Positions 1 through 5,321 of a stretch of DNA of 39,069 bases are shown here, piece after piece; the stretch's first letter is position 1, and every line of letters begins with the position of its first letter. Origin of the DNA: Oscillospiraceae bacterium (lineage in GTDB: Bacteria > Bacillota > Clostridia > UMGS1883); the NCBI GenBank assembly GCA_022508735.1, contig JAFLUQ010000004.1:1-39069 (forward strand). Reading direction: 5' to 3'. The notes below the pieces were generated by a model. The model had not been told where the DNA came from, did no database searches, and was given only the letters and a program-made list of their open reading frames with translations. The translations under genes were made by a program, and so were the position numbers.

Positions 1-65
1 TCAGTTGGGAGAGCGCTTGCTTCGCATGTAAGAGGTCAGGGGTTCGAATCCCCTTGTCTCCACCA
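1..65 (+). tRNA. tRNA-Ala (anticodon CGC), 3' portion; the 5' end lies outside the window
   Basis: D-loop TCAGTTGGGAGAGC. Anticodon stem CTTGC/GTAAG with loop TTCGCAT, giving anticodon CGC. T-arm AGGGG-TTCGAAT-CCCCT. The acceptor 3' strand TGTCTCC carries the U70 expected for the G3:U70 Ala identity pair, followed by discriminator A and an encoded CCA at 63-65. Confidence 0.9.
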
Positions 66-99
66 GCGTTTTACATTTTAACTTCCTTTCTTTTGAACC

Positions 100-132
100 A
101 AAAACGGCCTTCCTTCAGGAGGGTCGTTTTTG
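100..132. terminator. Bidirectional intrinsic terminator between the tRNA and the convergent XRE gene
   Basis: AAAA-ACGGCCTTCC-TTCA-GGAGGGTCGT-TTTT. The stem is 10 bp including 2 G:U pairs, flanked by an A-tract and a T-tract, so it reads as a terminator on both strands. Confidence 0.7.
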
Positions 133-149
133 TCGTAAAAACAAATTAA

Positions 150-359
150 CTACTCCTCGTCAGGCACATATTCCATAAGGTCACCGGGCTGGCAGTTAAG
201 CAGGGCGCAGAGCTTGTTTATGGTTCGGGCATCAATACCGGCTGTCCCATTTTTTAATCCATAATATGTTCCCTGACTTATAATATTCTCTTGCTTCACC
301 CTGCTTGCTGTATACCCGTTTTCTGACAACAATTCAAACATCTTATCGTATTTGATCAC
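150..359 (-). CDS. Small XRE/Cro-CI family helix-turn-helix transcriptional regulator (69 aa, GTG start)
   Basis: The translation MIKYDKMFELLSENGYTASRV...INKLCALLNCQPGDLMEYVP has the typical short HTH_XRE layout, including the C-terminal LC..L.C.PGDL.EY motif. AAGGAG lies 8 nt upstream of the GTG. Confidence 0.8.
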   Translation of the reverse strand: MIKYDKMFELLSENGYTASRVKQENIISQGTYYGLKNGTAGIDARTINKLCALLNCQPGDLMEYVPDEE

Positions 360-405
360 TGTGCCATCTCCTTTTTATCAAAGATGTACAAATTACACAA
401 AATAT

Positions 406-455
406 TTCTCGTAATTACGTGAAACTTTACAGTTGCAATTCTCGTAGTTGCGAGA
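406..455. promoter_or_regulatory. Two operator-like 14-nt direct repeats upstream of the XRE gene
   Basis: TTCTCGTAATTACG (406-419) and TTCTCGTAGTTGCG (439-452) match at 12/14 positions with starts 33 nt apart. The first contains the palindrome CGTAATTACG. The second is part of TCTCG-N6-CGAGA (440-455). Confidence 0.4.
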
Positions 456-461
456 TATAAT
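433..461 (+). promoter_or_regulatory. Sigma-A-type promoter pointing away from the XRE gene
   Basis: TTGCAA (433-438), a 17-nt spacer, then TATAAT (456-461). The spacer is the TCTCG-N6-CGAGA palindrome. Confidence 0.5.
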
Positions 462-467
462 ATTATC

Positions 468-545
468 GTACCTACACGGTACTGTCGCTAAACAACTCCA
501 TATCGGGGAAACCTTCCGCCGCCGTGGGGCGGCGGGCAGGTTTTC
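468..545 (+). ncRNA. Candidate small non-coding transcript of about 75-80 nt, running from the orphan promoter to a terminator
   Basis: The predicted start lies about 7 nt after the -10. There is no ATG with an SD in the interval. It contains a GTACC-tacac-GGTAC hairpin and ends at the perfect 8-bp GC hairpin plus T-tract at 516-544. Purely predicted. Confidence 0.25.
509..544. terminator. GC-rich hairpin terminator just downstream of the aminopeptidase stop; usable on both strands
   Basis: CCGCCGCC-GTGG-GGCGGCGG (516-535) is a perfect 8-bp stem. It is extended by AAACC/GGTTT pairing, with TTTT at 541-544 on the plus strand. Confidence 0.55.
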
Positions 546-550
546 CTCAC

Positions 551-1798
551 TTATTTCCCCATAACAGCTTCAATTTCTTCAATGGAGCGCGGCGTAGCGG
601 CGGAGAGGTTTTCGCAGCCGTTCTCGGTCACGAGGCAGTTATCCTCCAGACGGAAGCCTATGCCCCACTCCTCGCAGTAAATTCCCACGTCCACGCAGAA
701 CACCATGTTCGGCGCGATAGGCATATCCGCGGGAGCATAGACCACGTCATGGGTGTCGTAGCCCACGTGGTGAGCGCCGCCGTGCCAGATGTACTTGCCT
801 ACGTCCTCAAACTTATCACAGAGGCCTATGGACTTTAGCTGCTCAAAATTATATTTACGGACGGTTGCGTCCACATCGCCCATGGCCATGCCTGGCTTAA
901 TTATGCTGAACATATAGTTCGAGGTGTTATAGGCGCACTGATAGAGCAGCCGCTGCTTCTCGCTGAACTTGCCGTTCACCGGCCACCCGCGCGAAACGTC
1001 GGTGCCCACATTGTCCCACACTGCACCAACGTCGTTAAGCACCATGTCGCCGTCCTGCGCCTGACCGCGGTAATCGTAGTAGTGGATGCAGAAGTTATTC
1101 TTGCCAGCACAGACGATAGACGGGAACATGGGCGCGAGCACGCCGTGCTGGGCCAGAGTATAGTCCCAAACGGCTTTGTACTGATACTCATACATACCGG
1201 GTTTTGAGGCCTTCATCATGGCGATTATGCCCTCGCGTGTTATGCTTTCGGCCTTGCGCATGGCCTCTATCTCACATGGCTTTTTGATGGTCCTGAGCAC
1301 GCGGATATGATGATTCAGGTTGCCGATTTTGAGATAGGGATACTTATCCCCGGCAAATTTGGCCATTTTATAGGCCTCTCGGTCCGGCTCGTCAAGGGTA
1401 AGCTTGTTAAGGTCAAGATAGAGATTTTCATAGCAGCCGCTCTCGGCAAGACGCTTGAGCTCAGCGTCAAGCTCGCCAATATAGCGGCAGTTCGATATGC
1501 CGGACTTTGCCAGCACCTCGTCGGCCTTGATGCGGGCGCCGTTCCAGCGCTCGGCATGGGCGTCGGGCGGCAGGATAAACATTGTCTCCTTCACGCCATC
1601 GGGGTCTATTTGCAGCAGCAATGCCAGCCCCTGATACTCAACGCCCGTCATGTAGACAAAGCTGCGGTCGGCAAAAAACGGGTAGTATTCGTCGGCGGTC
1701 TTGCGCGGGGCGCTGCCGCTGAACATCAGTGCCAGACTGCCCTTGGGCAGTCTTTCGGCAAGGTTTTTTCTGTTTTCAATGTGGAATGTTCTGTCCAT
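551..1798 (-). CDS. M24 family Xaa-Pro aminopeptidase (aminopeptidase P-like), 415 aa
   Basis: The N-terminal AMP_N-like region reads YYPFFADRSFVYMTG. The C-terminal pita-bread fold carries metal-ligand-type motifs (DGDMVLNDVG, HGGAHHVG, GIGFRLEDN). AAAGGA lies 9 nt upstream of the ATG. Confidence 0.85.
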   Translation of the reverse strand: MDRTFHIENRKNLAERLPKGSLALMFSGSAPRKTADEYYPFFADRSFVYMTGVEYQGLALLLQIDPDGVKETMFILPPDAHAERWNGARIKADEVLAKSGISNCRYIGELDAELKRLAESGCYENLYLDLNKLTLDEPDREAYKMAKFAGDKYPYLKIGNLNHHIRVLRTIKKPCEIEAMRKAESITREGIIAMMKASKPGMYEYQYKAVWDYTLAQHGVLAPMFPSIVCAGKNNFCIHYYDYRGQAQDGDMVLNDVGAVWDNVGTDVSRGWPVNGKFSEKQRLLYQCAYNTSNYMFSIIKPGMAMGDVDATVRKYNFEQLKSIGLCDKFEDVGKYIWHGGAHHVGYDTHDVVYAPADMPIAPNMVFCVDVGIYCEEWGIGFRLEDNCLVTENGCENLSAATPRSIEEIEAVMGK

Positions 1799-1813
1799 AC
1801 TTGATAGTCCTTT

Positions 1814-4678
1814 CTATTTATTATATATTTCGATGATCCATGTTTGATTTCCGTCGGCCCCAAGCTCCTCCTGTGTAAAGCGGCCGTCCTTTTCTGTCAG
1901 GTACAGGCCGGAAAGCTCAGACCTTATCAGGTAAGTTCCGCCCCCCTGCTTTTCGAGGAACCAGCGCTGATTTTCGCCTCCCGCTGTGCGATAGGCGATT
2001 ATGCCTATGCCCGGGTCGGGATTGTGGTTGAGCACGTCCAGCGCTCTCTTTTCGGTGGAGTCGCCGGCTTCAAACTCGGCGCTGCTCTCCACGATATATG
2101 AACCGGTGAGCGTGTATGTGAAGCTCCAGAGCTGCGTTTCACCGGAAGCAAATTCTGCTGTGGTGAGGGCTTCTACCATTGGCTGATCGGGGCTGTAGCT
2201 GAGCGCCGCGCCGTCTTTGCCGGTGATAGTATACAGAGGCTTCGCTTCTTCGGCCTTCTCAGCCTCCGGCTCGGAGGCTTTTTCTTCAGCCTCGGGATAG
2301 GTCAGCCCGAGCGGCTCGGCCTTGATATTCACGCCGTTTGCCTTTGATATCATTATCCAGCTTATAACCGGGTCAAGGTTTCCGGCTATTGCGTGCTGAT
2401 CGCGAACTGTGGAAACGGTTATCGTGCCGTCGGCGGCGATTATCCCGCTTCGTGATATAACCTTCTGCCCGGCAGCGGGCGCAAGGCCGTCGGCCGCAAT
2501 GTAACCCTGCACCTTGATGTCCACCTTGCGGGCCTTTTCGCCCCACGGGTCATATACTCCCACAAACACGTCATAGGCCTCGCTCGGGTCGACCTCGAAC
2601 TTATATGTCAGTCCGTCGCCCACCTTTCCGCCGTAATCATAGCGGACGGAGCGGAACATATTGCTGTCATCGCGGCGGCCGGAGCTGTTATCGGCAATAT
2701 AGCCCCATGTCTTACCCGTTTTTTCGTCAACGCCATAGGCCTGGTCGGGCACACTGTTAAGAAGCTCGCCGAGGCCGTTTATTACGTCAAATTCCGTCGT
2801 ATTATCTGCGCCGCAGTCGGCAAAGTAGATGAGGTTCTTGGGAATGTTATATATTTCGGCAGTTGTAGTAGTATCGGCAAAAAAACCTTCCACAAAATAG
2901 TGCCCGGGCATATTATAATCTATCCCTGCTCTGCTCCAGTCTACCGGGATATGCGATCTGAATCTTTCACCCTCTGCAAAAATAATGTCCGGGAGCTGTA
3001 CCGTCTCGCCGTATTTAACAAATATTGTATCAGGTTCGATAATCTTAACACCTATATCCTCCAGCGTCCACTCGTCTAACCAGTCTATGCGGATAGTTCC
3101 GTTCTCCTTCACCTCAATGGGCAGCCAGATAAAGCCGCTTTCGTCGTGGTGGGAGGGCCGCCAAGTGTCGGCAATGAAAATAAAGTGGCCTTTTTCGGCG
3201 TCTATGGGCAGGATATATGCGCTTTGACCGCCGTAGGTCAGGTCAGCGCCGTCACCCTTACACGGGTTGCCATGGCGCGTCCACGGGCCGAGAGGGCTCG
3301 GAGCCGTGGCATAGTCCGCCGCGTTAGGATCCCAGCCGGTGCAGCCGCTGGTTATCATATAATAGGTGTTGTTATACTTGAACAGCGCCGGGGCCTCGCG
3401 CCAGCCGCCGGGGATAGCATAGGTGGCCTCGCCCTCGCAGCTCAGGTAGTCGTCGCTCAGGCGGCAAACCGCCAGCGACGAATTCTCATCGGTAGAGAAA
3501 TATATGTAGGCCGCGCCGTCGTCGTCCTGATAAACGGTCATATCGCGCGACATTTTGTCGCCGGGGCGAAAGCTTTCAAGATACTCAAAGGGGCCGGTGG
3601 GGCTGTCGGCCACGGCCACGCCTGCGCGGCTGTAGCCGTACCAGCCGTTGTCGATGTGCATCCACATGACGTACTTGCCTGTCGCCTCGTTATAGAGCAC
3701 CTTGGGCCGCTCAAGCACCTCGCCCACGCGAATATCGCTCTCAGGATACTTTAGCGGCGCTTCGTCGGTACTTTCAAGCATTTCAAGAGCAAGGCCCTCA
3801 TAGGTCCAGTTATAGAGGTCAGAGGAGGAATAGCAGGCCACACCGATGCGCCAACCCCAGCCGGCATAGCGCTGAAGGTGCTCGGGCACCTCGGAGGCTC
3901 CTCTTGCCTCGCCGTACCAATAGTACTTCTGCGTGGCTTCGTCCCAGATAATTCCGCCGCCATGGGCTTGAACAAGGCCGCCGTTCTGATCATATATGGG
4001 AGCACTATTCATGAAGCGATCCCTTTCCGGGAACATGGCGCCGTAGGCCAGAGCAGTCAGCTCCTTAGCACGCGCTTTGTCGCTCTCGCTTCCGTTTATA
4101 AAGCGGTTAATGGCGTCATCATAGTATTTTTCTGCTATCGGAGCCATAAGCTTATTATCAAATTCATCTATATTATTGCGAATGTAATTCAGCATATGGT
4201 CGGTGTTATCGTCGCCAACAGTAACGGGCAATACCGCGGCGAGATCAAGCCTTGTTTCGATAAGCTCCTCAGCTACTTCGGCTGAAACAGTGCTTTGCGA
4301 GCCGTATTCCTCTGTAACTGAAGCAATTTCGCCCTCCCAATAAATAGGAAACTTAGTCAGATTGCGCTGCATAGCCATATACGCCATAGTCCAGGCTTCC
4401 ATGTAAGTTATGGTGTCATTCGGCCTGAATTTGCCGTCATCTATATTTATCACTCCCGCGGCGAGGGCACCCTCGACCATATCAGCATAGCCGTCTTTAG
4501 CGGAAACATCGCTAAAGCTGCCGGAATAAAGCCGTTCGCGAATATCAAAAGCGTCGGCCAGCTTCTCCAAAAATTCCACACGGGTTAAGGCCTCCTCCGA
4601 TCCGAACACCGCTGTCGGCATGGCAGACAGCACCAGCGACAGAGCCATAACAAGGCAGATAATTCGTATTTTTCTCAT
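1814..4678 (-). CDS. Secreted multidomain glycoside hydrolase: signal peptide, SLH-like repeat, GH43-like beta-propeller, malectin-like module, ricin-type (CBM13-like) beta-trefoil
   Basis: Start re-called to the ATG at 4678 (MRKIRIICLVMALSLVLSAMPTAVFG), which has GGGAG 6 nt upstream; the track start at 4705 has no SD. SLH-like segment: FSDVSAKDGYADMVEGALAAGVI...DGKFRPNDTITYMEA. GH43-like segments: GGGIIWDEATQKYYWYGE and ERPKVLYNEATGKYVMW. C-terminal QxW-type motifs: QRWFLEKQ and QTWIIE. Confidence 0.75.
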   Translation of the reverse strand: MRKIRIICLVMALSLVLSAMPTAVFGSEEALTRVEFLEKLADAFDIRERLYSGSFSDVSAKDGYADMVEGALAAGVINIDDGKFRPNDTITYMEAWTMAYMAMQRNLTKFPIYWEGEIASVTEEYGSQSTVSAEVAEELIETRLDLAAVLPVTVGDDNTDHMLNYIRNNIDEFDNKLMAPIAEKYYDDAINRFINGSESDKARAKELTALAYGAMFPERDRFMNSAPIYDQNGGLVQAHGGGIIWDEATQKYYWYGEARGASEVPEHLQRYAGWGWRIGVACYSSSDLYNWTYEGLALEMLESTDEAPLKYPESDIRVGEVLERPKVLYNEATGKYVMWMHIDNGWYGYSRAGVAVADSPTGPFEYLESFRPGDKMSRDMTVYQDDDGAAYIYFSTDENSSLAVCRLSDDYLSCEGEATYAIPGGWREAPALFKYNNTYYMITSGCTGWDPNAADYATAPSPLGPWTRHGNPCKGDGADLTYGGQSAYILPIDAEKGHFIFIADTWRPSHHDESGFIWLPIEVKENGTIRIDWLDEWTLEDIGVKIIEPDTIFVKYGETVQLPDIIFAEGERFRSHIPVDWSRAGIDYNMPGHYFVEGFFADTTTTAEIYNIPKNLIYFADCGADNTTEFDVINGLGELLNSVPDQAYGVDEKTGKTWGYIADNSSGRRDDSNMFRSVRYDYGGKVGDGLTYKFEVDPSEAYDVFVGVYDPWGEKARKVDIKVQGYIAADGLAPAAGQKVISRSGIIAADGTITVSTVRDQHAIAGNLDPVISWIMISKANGVNIKAEPLGLTYPEAEEKASEPEAEKAEEAKPLYTITGKDGAALSYSPDQPMVEALTTAEFASGETQLWSFTYTLTGSYIVESSAEFEAGDSTEKRALDVLNHNPDPGIGIIAYRTAGGENQRWFLEKQGGGTYLIRSELSGLYLTEKDGRFTQEELGADGNQTWIIEIYNK

Positions 4679-4718
4679 TCCACTCCCTCTTTCCCATGCA
4701 AACAATATATCTTATTTA

Positions 4719-4747
4719 ATTTTATCACATTATAGTGATTTTTTCAA
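4719..4747 (-). promoter_or_regulatory. Sigma-A-type promoter for the GH43 gene
   Basis: On the minus strand: TTGAAA (4747-4742), a 17-nt spacer, then TAAAAT (4724-4719). It lies about 40 nt upstream of the re-called start. Confidence 0.5.
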
Positions 4748-4825
4748 TAGCTATTTTTGCTGTATTGCCTCAGATTCACCTATCCGGGGCACACGGCGTA
4801 TTATGTAGCAAAAGGGGTGAGGGTC

Positions 4826-4990
4826 ATGGGCAGGCGCACAGGGCCAAGGCGCAGCTGCAGCCCGGTTGGAGTAGGCATACTGGCCTTCGTTTTTGGCATA
4901 TTTACGGCAATGATTCTGCCTGTCACTCTGCTTGCCGTTATAGAGGGCGGGCTTATAATCGTGCTGGGTATCATATTATTAAGGAGGTGA
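4826..4990 (+). CDS. Hypothetical small membrane protein (54 aa, two predicted TM helices)
   Basis: MGRRTGPRRSCSPVGVGILAFVFGIFTAMILPVTLLAVIEGGLIIVLGIILLRR. The strong SD AAGGGGTGAGGG lies just upstream of the internal ATG at 4826. Its stop TGA (4988-4990) directly follows the AAGGAGG (4981-4987) that serves the next gene. Confidence 0.5.
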   Translation: MGRRTGPRRSCSPVGVGILAFVFGIFTAMILPVTLLAVIEGGLIIVLGIILLRR

Positions 4991-4996
4991 CGGCAA

Positions 4997-5071
4997 GTGA
5001 AAATATACGTAGTCAGGCTTCCGAAGGTACTTAACGCCATTGCACGAATGTTTTTAAGAGTCAAAGATTAG
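4997..5071 (+). CDS. spoVM: Stage V sporulation protein M (SpoVM), 24 aa, GTG start; too short to appear in the ORF track
   Basis: The translation (M)KIYVVRLPKVLNAIARMFLRVKD matches B. subtilis SpoVM, recalled as MKFYTIKLPKFLGGIVRAMLGSFRKD, at K2, Y4, LPK, L, I, R, L and the terminal KD. AAGGAGG lies 9 nt upstream. A terminator follows. Confidence 0.8.
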   Translation: MKIYVVRLPKVLNAIARMFLRVKD

Positions 5072-5084
5072 GCATAAGAGAGTC

Positions 5085-5115
5085 AAAAGGGGACTGCCGA
5101 AGCAGTCCCCTTTTT
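5085..5115. terminator. Bidirectional intrinsic terminator shared by spoVM (+) and mini-ORF 1 (-)
   Basis: AAAA-GGGGACTGC-CGAA-GCAGTCCCC-TTTTT, a 9-bp perfect stem. Confidence 0.8.
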
Positions 5116-5132
5116 CTATGCTCGATTTGCTA

Positions 5133-5306
5133 TTACAGCCAACCCTCGCTTGCACCCATCCAAATTTCAGCCTTTGTTTCGTCAGTGTCAGAAACACTGC
5201 TCATATTGGATTTTTTATTAACCAGATTGGCTGACGCAGCCATCACGTCCGTATCAGGAGTGAGGGTTGTCATCTCAACCTCAGGAGTTTCAAAATACTT
5301 TCTCAT
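5133..5306 (-). CDS. Mini-ORF 1 (57 aa), acidic, no signal peptide; paralogue of 25810..25989; unknown function
   Basis: MRKYFETPEVEMTTLTPDTDVMAASANLVNKKSNMSSVSDTDETKAEIWMGASEGWL. GGAGG immediately follows the stop of the upstream giant gene, and the gap to the ATG is 15 nt. It shares M-[KR]-[KR]-YFE-x-P-x-V and a C-terminal IWxG with the second copy. It is absent from the ORF track, whose shortest listed ORF is 60 aa. Confidence 0.65.
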   Translation of the reverse strand: MRKYFETPEVEMTTLTPDTDVMAASANLVNKKSNMSSVSDTDETKAEIWMGASEGWL

Positions 5307-5321
5307 TTTTATTAATCCTCC

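Noticed and set aside
1-550. A tRNA-adjacent genomic island or prophage remnant, suggested by the tRNA-Ala followed by an XRE regulator.
   Set aside because: There is no integrase, no tRNA 3'-end direct repeat (att-like duplication) visible in the window, and no phage genes. Only the single small regulator and its operator-like repeats are present. It is kept as a small regulatory-module finding instead.
524-838. A 104-aa plus-strand ORF starting inside the terminator hairpin.
   Set aside because: It is antisense to the conserved C-terminus of the M24 aminopeptidase. Its GTG lies in the loop of a GC hairpin, and the sequence is featureless.
5133-5306. The mini-ORFs as WXG100/Esx-type T7SS substrates, because both contain a W-x-G motif.
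   Set aside because: They are only 57-59 aa. The WxG motif sits near the C-terminus rather than in the central hairpin turn of a protein of about 100 aa. No T7SS genes (essC/FtsK-like ATPase, esaA and so on) are in the window.
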